A stretch of 62,200 nt of DNA, counting the filler, from Squatina squatina (taxonomy: Eukaryota): assembly GCA_031763465.1 (NCBI GenBank). It is 4 parts of 4 records of this genome, joined end to end, with 100 filler letters (N's around TTAATTAATTAA, not from the genome) between each part and the next. Parts side by side here need not be neighbours in the genome. Positions count along the whole stretch, not along the records: positions 48,269 to 62,200 come from JARFOE010000189.1; 3 more parts are not named here. One strand, given 5' to 3'. Under the pieces are notes generated by a model, which saw only the letters and a list, made by a program, of their open reading frames with translations, had not been told where the DNA came from and searched no databases. Numbering within the stretch: position 1 is the first letter of the stretch; every line of letters begins with the position of its first letter. Shown one piece after another: positions 50,084 through 62,200 of the stretch. The position numbers and the translations under genes were made by a program.

Positions 50084-53000
50084 NNNNNNNNNNNNNNNNN
50101 NNNNNNNNNNNNNNNNNNNNNNNNNNNNNNNNNNNNNNNNNNNNNNNNNNNNNNNNNNNNNNNNNNNNNNNNNNNNNNNNNNNTGTGCATTTCAAAAGAA
50201 GACAAAGCCAGACACCTCCAATCAATGTTCGCTTGAATCAGCTTCTCGCAGCTTTCAAATAAATAAAAAAAATACTTTTGTCAAATTAAAAAATAAACAC
50301 CTGTTTCTTTTACAAATTATTTGCACAAAGATCCTGATACAATTGATTTCAGAAATAAATATTCATGAATTTTCATGGAACCTATTATATGTGTTGAGAA
50401 CTGTAGTCTAAGTAATTGTCTGAACCTGGAGTGCCATGTTCAGACTAAAACTCCCAGCATGCATAGCAGAGCCACTAAGCAATTAGAGGAGTACAGGGGC
50501 ACATCAGTGCAGTAACCCTGCAGTCACCTGCTGGTTATCCATAGTTGCCAAAAACACAGTATCTTATTAGTGGGTAATAAAACTAAACTGCTGTAATTTG
50601 AATGTTTTGCATTGTGCATGTACTGTGGAGGTTTTAAAACCTTGTGATTTCTAAGCATGAGATGCCCTATTCTAAATACAAGTCGGTAACACGTTATTTT
50701 TTTGAGACATAAACAGATACACACAGTCGGTGCAATTGTCACAAACCTCTTCAGATGTGGCGCTCAAGAAAAGAGTTTGATGAAAATACTGTTGAGCAAC
50801 AAAAGGCTTCTGTCCACTGGATGAAAAATGGCAAACCAAATCTACATGACATTTGTTACTCTATTCCAACAACTTGAGTTCAACACTGTGATCAGGTAGA
50901 GGCCCATTGAAAGGAATGGCTTTACGTTATCTTCAGTACAGCATTTGTTCAAACCAAAGTAGCATCTTATTTTAATTGACTTTTTTCTCTTTTTAAATCT
51001 CTCTCCAATAATTACTCTGCTCATGATCTGTGAGCGTTGTGTGTGATAGCAGTGAGAGATTAATCACTACCATGGANNNNNNNNNNNNNNNNNNNNNNNN
51101 NNNNNNNNNNNNNNNNNNNNNNNNNNNNNNNNNNNNNNNNNNNNNNNNNNNNNNNNNNNNNNNNNNNNNNNNNNNNCTTCACTTCTCACTCTCTTTGTCT
51201 CCCCCTTCAGTTCTCACACTTACTCTGCTCTCCACATTGTTGTGTCTCACTCTCCAAATCCACTTCTCACCACCTCGCTCTCCTCCACCCCTCTGAATTT
51301 CTTCCATTCTCACTTCTTCCCTTTTGCTCTGCTCCTTCACTTCTTGCTCTCCTCTTCCAACTATCATCAGATCAGGAAGCACTCAGGTAGGTGGGCTGGG
51401 TAGATTAGCCAGAAAACACATGGAGTGGGTGGACCAAGAAGCACTCAAGCCGGATAGCTTAACAAACAGGCAGGCAAGAACTTGGAAAGGTGGTTGACCA
51501 GTTGGGGAGGGAAGTGGCAGAAAAGTGGGCAATCAGATGGTCTGGGAAGCACTTGGCGTTGGGCAGCTTGGCAGGATGGAAAGCCAAGAAGCACCTGGGG
51601 GGAGTAGACAGGCTGTTTGAGAATCGCTGCCCTGACTTATCCCTGGCCAGTCCTGTAACCACACTCAGCAAATACAGTTGAAGAGCTCAACTTAGTGGCT
51701 GCAGCCAGCTTCAAGCTGGATGGGTTGGGATAGGCTGAGAATAGGCAGGCTGAGCGAGGATCAGGCTGGATGGGCTGGGATAGGCTGGGAATAGGCAGGA
51801 TGAGTAAGGAACAGGCTGGATGGGTTTCACCTCTCGGGGGGATAATTTTTACGAGTGCACGCAAATATCCGGTACGGGCTGGCAGCGGGCAAGATTCCCC
51901 ACCAGCCCAAACTTGGAAAAGGAACCCTTTAATATGCAATCAAGCTACCCCCACCCCCGTGATTTTTATTTCAACATGTTTGTCCTTGCCTCTTTAATAT
52001 CGTAAGATCATTTGCAGCAAGCTTTCTAGGTGCTCTTTGTTTAATTGTTTGAGCCGCCAGGATATCTGACTTTATTGTCAGTGAAATATTCCTTCCTCAG
52101 CTGACCTTTAGTTCCCAACATGGATCCATCATTTTCACTTTTACTCCGCATGGACAACCAAGCAATTCTTTCATATGCCATACACATCTCCATTAGAATA
52201 TTATTAACAACATTATGCTATGATTTGCAGTCTTTTTTGATTGCTGTTTACAACAGTGTCCCTATGCAATTTGCCCACAAATGCATTGAAAAATAGCAAT
52301 CCATTTCCCCACAGATTAGTGCTTCCACACAGCAAGAGGAAATGGAATCTATAATAGTTTACATTGAATTCAATTTGTAGTGTTGAAATGTAATTTTCCC
52401 CAAAGATTTTAGTCCGTGCATTTTCACATTTGAAACAACTGTGATTGAACATGTGGTTGTTTCTTTTTTGGAACTCTTTCTGTTGAATTTTCTGCTGATA
52501 CAACATTGGCTGAATTTGTGGGCCAGCCAGACCATAACAGCAAAGCTGTGAGTCACGATAGTGGCGGTTCTCCATTACATNNNNNNNNNNNNNNNNNNNN
52601 NNNNNNNNNNNNNNNNNNNNNNNNNNNNNNNNNNNNNNNNNNNNNNNNNNNNNNNNNNNNNNNNNNNNNNNNNNNNNNNNCATTCCATTGTTTTTCATTT
52701 TAGGCATCTTATTACCATATTCTGGTGGCAGAGTGGAGGTAGCAATCTATTCCAAGGCCACTCAGTATGGCCCACTGTCAAACTAAGGCACATTTATAAT
52801 CTGCACAACCTCTGATAACGTATGCAATGTGATATGCCAATTTTGCATGTGCTAGAGAAAGCTAATAAGCTATAAATATCTCTTAAATATCTCTTAAGTA
52901 TACAATAGTACTGGCACATTTTAGTTGAGTTATCTATGAACTTCCATCCACTAAAAAAAGAAAAAATGAAAAGCAACTGGAGACATATAATGATGTGAGC

Positions 53001-54879
53001 TGGCTTCTAAAGAGTCCATGTTTTTACAGCAGTTGATTAGAATGGGTCAGCTATTATTAGTTAGGGCAGGCTCGACTCAGCTGCTGTTATCGAACATCCA
53101 GATACACAGCAAAATATGCAATTCAAGTGAGCATAGCTTTACCTAACTGTCTATATTCATAAGTTAAATGATTCAAATTAATTCATATAATAACATTCCC
53201 CGAGAACAATAATAATTATTATGCATGAAACATGCAAGCACACCTATACTGATTAGTTGAGTTAAATTTAGTTGCTCTTAATTAATTTTCAGTTTCTCCC
53301 TGCTCCTAATTGCTATTTAATGAAGACACCTGATTTTTCAGGTGCTTATAAGGACTCATTAAAATTGACCTCCGAGCACCATGACAGTGATGAAAGAAGC
53401 AAAGCTAAGTTCAGCAGTAGCTATGTTTGGCTTCCTGTGTGCTAGAAATTAAATAATTGGTATCTGCATAAACCCCAAACCAAAGATTTCATACAGGCAA
53501 CGCATAAATAAATTGGATCAAATCCCCGGCAGAGGAAACCTGAACTAATGTTTTAAATTTGCTATACAATATTATGAAGAAAATTTAATAGGAAATTGAG
53601 TCAATCATGAATTATGAATTACTACACTTTGCTCTTTTAACTNNNNNNNNNNNNNNNNNNNNNNNNNNNNNNNNNNNNNNNNNNNNNNNNNNNNNNNNNN
53701 NNNNNNNNNNNNNNNNNNNNNNNNNNNNNNNNNNNNNNNNNNNNNNNNNNNNNNNNNNNNNNNNNNNNNNNNNNNNNNNNNNNNNNNNNNNNNNNNNNNN
53801 NNNNNNNNNNNNNNNNNNNNNNNNNNNNNNNNNNNNNNNNNNNNNNNNNNNNNNNNNNNNNNNNNNNNNNNNNNNNNNNNNNNNNNNNNNNNNNNNNNNN
53901 NNNNNNNNNNNNNNNNNNNNNNNNNNNNNNNNNNNNNNNNNNTACATTAATGAGCTGTTCAGACATGAATATTTTCAGGCTGCTGGAGGCCACCCCGAGC
54001 GCAGCAGAGGAGTTTCTGCATCAGTCCTGCGTGGAAACAGGTTTTCTTCTCACCTCTCTTCCTCTTGTCTATTTCCCTGTGCTTCTATTTCACTCTCTTT
54101 TCCCATGTGCCTGTTTCCAGAATCATAACACGGTCGGGGACATTTTTGAAGATGTGGTGTCTTTTATAAGGACACCAGACATACAGATTGAAATTGCAAT
54201 TTAAATCCTATCGCTGACCTTCTGTTTTCCTATTCTCTTCTGTTCTACTTCTACATTCTCAATGAGAGTGTTCCAAGACTCAATTTTTAAATAAAGTAAG
54301 GACCACCTCTTCAACAAGTGACACGTGAGGGGGGATTCTCCATATCTTTGGCCACTTTGCCCAAATCTTTCTGAAAGTTACGTAATCAAAACTATCTCCT
54401 GTATGGAAACTATAGCTGAGAATGATTACAAACAAAAATGCTGGAAAAACTCAGCAGGTCAGGCAGCATCTGTGGAGAGCAAAACAGGGTCAACTTTTTG
54501 GGTCGATGACCCTTTATCAGAACTGAAAAAAGCAAGAAATACAGCAAGTTGTAAAGCACTGATAGGCAAAGGGTTGGGCGAGGTTTGAGAGGAGAGGAAA
54601 GTATAAGGGGTAACATAATAGTGTGCCTGTAAGTCCAAAGAGATAATGAGATTAGGCAAAGCAATCAGAGGTGGTATTGGCAACATTACGAAGCACATTA
54701 CATGTAGATGGGATGTAAACAGGAGAAAAGAACAGAAGTAGCCATGACAGGGAAACGAAAAATAGATATTATTTAAAATTATGAAAAGAAAAAACATGAA
54801 AAAAGTGATAGAGCCCCGAATTAGAAAATGTCTTTTACTTTGCCTCCAATTGCCAGTCTTCCCTCACCTTCACATAGTC

Positions 54880-55300
54880 CATCTCTGAGCCTTCCCTTCT
54901 GTTCCTCGACTTATCTGTCTCCATTTCGGGGGATAGACTTCTCACAAACATCTACTATAAGCCCACTGACTCCCACAGCTACCTGGAGTACACTTCCTCC
55001 CACCGTGCTTCCTGTAAAGACTCCATTACATTCTCCCAGTTCCTCTGTCTCTGTCGCATCTGTTCTGACGATGCCACCTTCCAATCCAGCACTTCTGACA
55101 TGTCTTCCTTTTTCCACAACCAAGGATTCTCTTCTACCGTGGTGGACATGGCCCTCGACTGTGTCCATTTCATTTCCCGCACCTCTGCCCTCACCCCATC
55201 TCCTCCCTCCCAGAATCATGATAGGGATCCCCTTGACCTCACCTTTCACTCCACCAGCCTCCACGTTCAACAGATCATCCACCACCATTTTCACGATCTC
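54880..55300 (+). mobile_element. Penelope-like retroelement RT (thumb region) remnant
   Basis: LPFCSST..ISGDRLLTNIYYKPTDSHSYLEYTSSHRASCKDSITFSQFLCLCRICSDD, the typical PLE YxKPT...Y.S.HP...K..I..SQ..R..RICS motif. Confidence 0.8.
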
Positions 55301-58300
55301 CACTGGAATACTACTGCACATAGACACCGTGACAAGGGACTCACTGCTGGAAACACCACTGCTCATAGACACCAGGACAGGGGACTCACTACTGGAAACA
55401 GCAATGCTCATAGACACCGTGACAAGGGACTCACTACTGGAAACACCACTGTTCATAGACTTCAGAACAGGGGAATCAGTAATGGGAACATCGTTGTTCG
55501 CAGGCAGATGACTCACGACTGGAAACACCACTGTTCATGGACAGTGTGTCTGGGGACTCACGACTCACGAGTGGAAACACCAATGTTCATGCAGACCGCA
55601 ACAGGGGAATCACGACTGGAAACACCACTGTTCATAGAGACTGGGTTCGGGGACTCACGACTGAAAACAGCACATTTAATAGACAGCAGGATAGGGGACT
55701 TACCACTGGACACACCAGTGTTCATAGACACCTTGACAGGGGACTCGATGCTTGAAATACCACTGTTCATTGATACCGGGATCCGGCACTCACGACTGGA
55801 AACACCGCTGTTTATAGACACAAGTCCAAGGGAATCACTTTACACAGGATAGATGACACACAAGCAGGACATTCAGCCCAACCAGTGCATATCAGCGTTT
55901 ATGCTCCACACGAGACTCCTCCCATCTTTACTCATCTAAATCTATTGCATAATCCTCTGTTCCCTTCTCCCTCATATGCTTGTCAAGCCTCCCCATAAAT
56001 GCATCAATACTGCTCGCTCCAATCACTGCCTGTTTTAGCGAATTCCCCATTCTCACCACTCTTTGAGGAAAGAAGATTCTTCTGAAATCCCTATTCGACT
56101 TTGTGACTATTTTATGTTGATGGCCACTATTTCTGCTGTTAAACATAAGTGGAAATATCCTCTCTGCATCCAATTTATCAAAACCTTTCGTAATTTTAAA
56201 GATATCTATTAACTCACCCCTCAAGCTTCTTTTTTCAAGGGAAAAGAGACCCAGCCTGTTCATATGTATACCCTTGTATTTCTGGTACCATCCACTGGAA
56301 ATACTACTGCTCATAGACACTGGAGCAGGGACTCATTGCTGGAAACACACAATTCATAGAAACCGAGACAGGTGACTCGCTACTGAACGTACCACTGTAC
56401 ATACACACACGAACAGGCGATTCACGACTGAAATGACTGCTGCTCAAGGACACAAGGACAGGATTGTCACTGCTGAAACTAACACGGTTCATATATACTG
56501 GGGCAGGGAACTGACCTCTGGAAATACCACTGTTCATAGACACCAGGACAGGGAACTCACTACTGAAAACATCACTGTGCAGAGACACACGAACAGGCGA
56601 TTCACGACTGGAAAGACCGCGGTTCAAGGACACAAGGACAGAATTCTCACTACTAGAAACATCAATTTTCATAGACACCGGGACAGGGGACACATTACTG
56701 GAAACACCACTGTTCAAAGACACCAGGACAGCGCCCACACTACTGGAAACACCACTGTTCATACACACCAGGACAGGGGATTCACTACTGGAAACACCAC
56801 TGTTCATAGACAACAGGACACGGGACTCACTACTGAAAACACCACTGTTCATACACACCAGGACAGGGGACACACTACTGGAAACACCACTGTTCATACA
56901 CACCAGGACAGGGGACACATTACTGGAAATACCACTGTGCATAGACACCAGGACAGGGCCCACACAACTGGAAACACCACTGTTCATAGACACCAGGACA
57001 GGGGACTCACTACTGGAAATACCACGGTTCATAGACACCAGGGTAGGGGACACACTACGGGAAACACCACTATTCATACACACCAGGACAGGGGACACAC
57101 TACTGAAAACACAACTGTTCATACACACCAGGACAGGGGATTCACTACTGGAAACATCACTGTTCATAGACAACAGGATAGGGGACTCACTACTTAAAAC
57201 ACCACTGTTCATAGACACCAGGACAGGGGACACACTAGTGGAAACACCATTGTTCATAGACACCAGGACCGGACACACAATACTGAAAACACCACTGTTC
57301 ATACATATGTGATAGGGGACACATTACTGGAAGCACCACTGTTAATAGACACCAGGACAGGGCCCACACTACTGGAAACACCACTGTTCATACACACCAG
57401 GACAGGGGACACACTGCTGAAAACATCACTGTTCATAGACACCGGGACAGGGGACACATTGCTGGAAACACCACTGTTCATAGACACCAGGACAGGGGAC
57501 ACACTACTGGAAGCACCCCAGTTCATACACACCAGGAGAGGGGACATGCTACTGAAAGCACCACTGTTCATACACACCAGGACAGGGGACACACTACTGA
57601 AAACATCACTGTTCATACACAGCAGGACAGGGGACACACTACTGAAAACATCACTGTTCATACACACCAGGACAGGGGACTCACTACTGGAAACATCACT
57701 GTTCATAGACAATAGGACAGTGGACTCACTACTTAAAGCACCACTGTTCATCGACACCAGTACCGGGATACACTAGTGAAAACACCACTGTTCATAGACA
57801 CCAGGACAGGGGACGCACTACTGGAAACACCACTGTTCATAGAGACCAGGACAGGGGACACACTACTGGAAATAGCACTGTTCATACACACCAGGACAGG
57901 GGACACACTACTGAAAACATCACTGTTCATACACACCAGGACAGGGGACACACTACTGAAAACATCACTATTCATACACACCAGGACAGGGGACACACTA
58001 CTGAAAACATCATTGTTCATACACACCAGGACAGGGGACTCACTACTGGAAACATCACTGTTCATAGACAATAGGACAGGGGACACACTACTGAAAACAT
58101 CACTGTTCATACACACCAAGACAGAGGTCTCACTACCGGAAACATCACTGTTCATAGACACCAGGACAGGGGACTCACTACTGGAAACATCACTGTTCAT
58201 AGACACCGGGACAGGGGACTCACTACTTAAAGCACCACTGTTCATAGACACCAGGACCGGGACACACGAGTGAAAACACCACTGTTCATAGACACCAGGA

Positions 58301-59108
58301 AAGGGGACGCACTACTGGAAACACCACTGTTCATAGACACCGGGACAGGGGACTCACTACTGGAAATCGCACTGCTCATAGACACCAGGGCAGGGTACTC
58401 ACTAGTGGAAACACCACTGCTCATAGACACCAGGACAGGTGACTCACTACTGGAATCATCGCTGTTCATAGACACCGAGACTTGGCAGTCACTGCTGGAA
58501 ACACAACTATTCATTGACACCAAGGCCGGGGACACACGAGTGGGATCACCGCTATTCAGCGACACCAGGACCGGGGACACACTACTGAAATCACCACTCT
58601 TCATAGACACCAGGACAGGGGACACACTAGTGGAATCACCGCTGTTCATAATGCACCAAGACTTGGCACTCACCGCTGGAAACACCACTGTTCAGTGACA
58701 GCAGGACCGGGGACACACTACTGAAAACACCATTGTTCATAGACACCAGGACAGGGGACACACGAGTGGAATCACCACGGCTCATATACATTGGGACAGT
58801 GAACTCACTGTTGGAAACACCACTGTTAATAGACACCAGGACCGGGGACTCACTAATGAACACACCACTGTTCATAGACACACGAACAGGCTATTCGCGA
58901 CTGGAAAGACCGCAGTTCAAGGACACAATGACAGGATTCTCACTGCTGAAACCACCACTGTATATAGACACACGAACAGGCGATTCACGACTGGAAAGAC
59001 CGCTGTTCAAGGACACAAGGACAGGATTCTCACTGCTGAAACCGCCACGGTTCATATACACTGGGACAGGGAACTCACTACTGAAAACAGCACTGTGCAT
59101 AGACACAC
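55301..59108. repeat. 45-bp minisatellite array (~3.8 kb, extends into gap), interrupted by a CR1 fragment
   Basis: Consensus ctggaaacaccactgttcatagacaccaggacaggggacacacta; explains the 15-aa repeat ORFs on both strands. Confidence 0.95.
55845..56295 (-). mobile_element. CR1-clade LINE 3' fragment inside the minisatellite
   Basis: RLGLFSLEKRSLRGELIDIFKITKGFD...FFPQRVVRMGNSL. Confidence 0.8.
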
Positions 59109-62009
59109 NNNNNNNNNNNNNNNNNNNNNNNNNNNNNNNNNNNNNNNNNNNNNNNNNNNNNNNNNNNNNNNNNNNNNNNNNNNNNNNNNNNNNNNNNNNN
59201 NNNNNNNNGGGTTCAAATTTTTATAATTTTCACCTGCTCCCAACCCACCTGTTTTTGTGTGTTAAAATTCCCCCCAATGTTTCTCAGAGTCACAACAAGA
59301 ATTCATCGTTATCTTTGAGGTGGACAACAAGACTGATAAGGACAACAATGAGATATCAGAAAGCTGGGAGCACACCAAAGGCCCACAAGCAAAAAAAAAA
59401 TCATTGTGTAGGACTTACACTGTGCTATCAAGTAGCCGGAGTACTGCATACTATGGCAGCATCCTACAAAGAGCCATCTCAGGATTCTGTCATTCAATTT
59501 ACAGCCTATAAAAGCTACCATCGAAGACTGGGACACATCAGCTGAGGGTGACAGGTGCTGGTCCTTCAATGCCACCGCCACTTAACAAGCACATGCTGAA
59601 GGAAGTCATTTACTGAAATGCATAATTCATAGCAGCAGTGATGAAAAAGAAACTGTGTTGCTTTATGATCTATCCTAATGCTGCAGTGAGGTTTAAATAC
59701 TCATTTTATATCAGAAATTCTGTCCAAGAAAAGAAATAAGTCATACAATTAGCTCTATTGGCTGTAACAAAACCTTGTTCAAACCTGGTGAAGTAAAGGT
59801 TTCATAATATTGGAATATATAGCACTATTTAAATTAATTAGGCCACCAATTGGCTGTATTGGTCATTTTGGTTCACTGGCAGCAATCATTTAGTGCAATG
59901 TTAAACTCATAATAGACCGTGCTGAGTGCTGTGAACAGCACTAAAACCACCCTTAATGCCTGAACTGCACTTTTCTATATCGTGGTAATTGGGAGATAAA
60001 ATGACCAACAATGAACATCTTCCGATATCTCCTCTGAAGATTCGCCTCCGCATCGCCCGACTGAAGCTCTTGTTGCTGTTGTAGTCCCCACTGCATGGCT
60101 AAGATGGGGTCTCCATAACCTTCCACCACCTTCTGTTACATACATCAGTGATCAGCAGCATCCATCAAGTAAAGCCCACCTACTCATCAGATATCCACTG
60201 CCGAACAATCGCCCTGACTTACACATCTGTTTCGTCATTAAAACTAAAGGAATGCTGATCAGTTTTGGATATACTGCTAAATTTCTCCTTGCTTTAATGC
60301 AACATTATGAAACATGTCCTTTTTGTCTGTTATAAGTACTGAAACTACATTCTTCAGCATGTGCCTGTACTGTGATATAGTTTGGGTATAAAAAGATAAC
60401 TACATATCAAAAAGGAAAATTAAGGGCCATTTCATTGGTACATTACAGTCTGAGGATCAAAAATAGCACCAAATTGATATCAAATTTATAAGTGCAGGAT
60501 ATATGATTCTTTAACCATTAAGAGATGCGTGAACTCTTTCTGTCAGCATTGATACTCCTCAAAAGGTATATATGCAGAACCTTACAGAAGCACATCATTT
60601 AATTATTTTTGTTGTGGATCGGGTGTGCCACCAAATGTGTCAGTTGCTGAATCTCACATCCTGCAGCTCCAGTTCAAAATCTCATTACTACATTCTCCAG
60701 AGAGGAAGTCGAGAGCTTCACACTGAGCCATCACTACTCCCTCTCGTACTCTTTATATGATCCGTTGCTGCACTTCAGACCAGTGTCTAATTAATTATGA
60801 ATTGCTCAAAATTTGGCCTGAGGCACAGGATGACCATAAAGATGGAATTTTTAAGCTAAGTTACTGATTTACTTGCAAACAATTAGCATAAAAATATAGT
60901 TTTATATTGTTATTGTATAAGTACTGCAATGTAACTATAGTAGAAATTTCTCTAAAATTGGTGCATTGCGTGCAATTAAAATATAAATTGTTGCTTGTAG
61001 GCTATATCCCCCACTTGGAGACATTATCCGCATGCTGTAGCTTGGGGCTTTCTTAATTTACTTTGATTATGGCAGCTGTTTGCACCATTGAATTAATAAA
61101 GCTTGCCAACTGTAAAATTATAATTGCACATTTTGCCTTTTTACCACAATATATAATCAGTTTTGTTCATTCTGCATCTAAATGACAGTCATGCACATTT
61201 ATATAAAATTAAAAATTCAAGGCAAATGAAAGATAGTTAAATGAATGGTATTGACTATATGCAATGTGAATAAGATTGAATAGAATTATGGTTGTATTTA
61301 AAACTTTAGATTGAATTTTAAAAATCCAATTAAAGTTATCTGCAGCATTTATGTAGTTTTATCTGCATTAGAAATAAAAGTAGTTTGTTACTACAACATT
61401 ACTGCAGTATACGTTTTGAAATGTTTGGAAGATTAATGATATTGGAGATGTCTTTCATAACTATATGGTGTAGACCTAATGTACGATTTATTTTAATCTA
61501 AATTGATTTTGAACTGTAAATGGAGTCACAATTTCTTTTAGACAAGCTGATTCCCCTTGTGCAGAATATTGGCATTACTCTGCTCTTAAACTGGTTTATT
61601 TTTTTGTCTTTAAACTGTATCAGCTGACCATCTCAAAATTAAAAGACCAGCTGCTGAAATGTTTAACAATTATTGTATGTTTTACTGACGCTTATTAACC
61701 ACATGAATTTGGAATGGTTTTTGCTGTTGAGCACTCATGTTAGCTTATCGCATCACAGAAACTTCCATCAGTACATTGTCATGAAGGTCAATAATACCCA
61801 ACTCAGACCAGCCCGGACATCGCTGCTTCACATCTGGACTAGTTTGGTAATGGGCAGGGTCGCAGCATAAGTAGCAACCTGGTTCAGTTGCTCCAGCAAA
61901 TCAAGGGTTTTAGTATTTGTGCAGGAAAGAAGGGTCTCACAGCATTCTGAAACACATGTTTTGTATTCTTAAGTTGTACAGAACTTGGCATTGGAAGTCT
62001 AAAGTGAAT

Positions 62010-62200
62010 GATTCGCTAGAGTTTAGAAGAATGAGAGGGGAATTCATTGAAGCTTATAAAATCCTGATGGGGCTGGGCAGACTAGATGCAGGAAGGATGT
62101 TCCCGATGGTGGGAAGTCCAGAACCAGGGGTCACAGCCTAAGCATACGGGGTAAACCATTTAAGACTGAGATGAGGAGAAATTTATTCACCCAGAGAGTG
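62010..62200 (+). mobile_element. CR1-clade LINE 3' fragment (runs off window)
   Basis: SLEFRRMRGEFIEAYKIL.GL.RLDAGRMFP... Confidence 0.8.

Noticed and set aside
50746-50815. Small minus-strand candidate exon GQKPFVAQQYFHQTLFLSATSEE
   Set aside because: Splice-like ends, but short and unrecognised; cannot be supported.
55301-59108. CRISPR-like array or repeat-protein gene
   Set aside because: Units are head-to-tail with no unique spacers, the context is eukaryotic, and indels break the frames; it is a minisatellite.

Overview
Vertebrate genomic DNA, most likely a cartilaginous fish (shark-type CR1/HE1 tails, DeuSINE-like SINEs, Penelope remnants, MC2R). The assembly is very fragmented: many 100-N joins and three artificial N..TTAATTAATTAA..N spacers (~15.7, 29.5, 48.2 kb) split it into four blocks that need not be linked. 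Block 1 has a CCP110-like exon, a cluster of three paralogous Zn-deaminase-like sequences with reversed motif order (PCxxC before GNCAE), and head-to-head TMC6-like/TMC8-like exons. Block 2 is mostly transposon remnants. Block 3 resembles human 18p11.21 (SEH1L, PTPN2, RNMT, MC2R) plus an LGI1-like terminal exon and one unidentified candidate exon. Block 4 has a Penelope remnant and a ~3.8 kb 45-bp minisatellite. The most interesting item is the deaminase-like cluster: one reconstructable 3-exon gene (353 aa), a convergent paralog, and a tandem copy that has lost both CxxC cysteines. Gene identities come from recalled protein sequences, not database searches.
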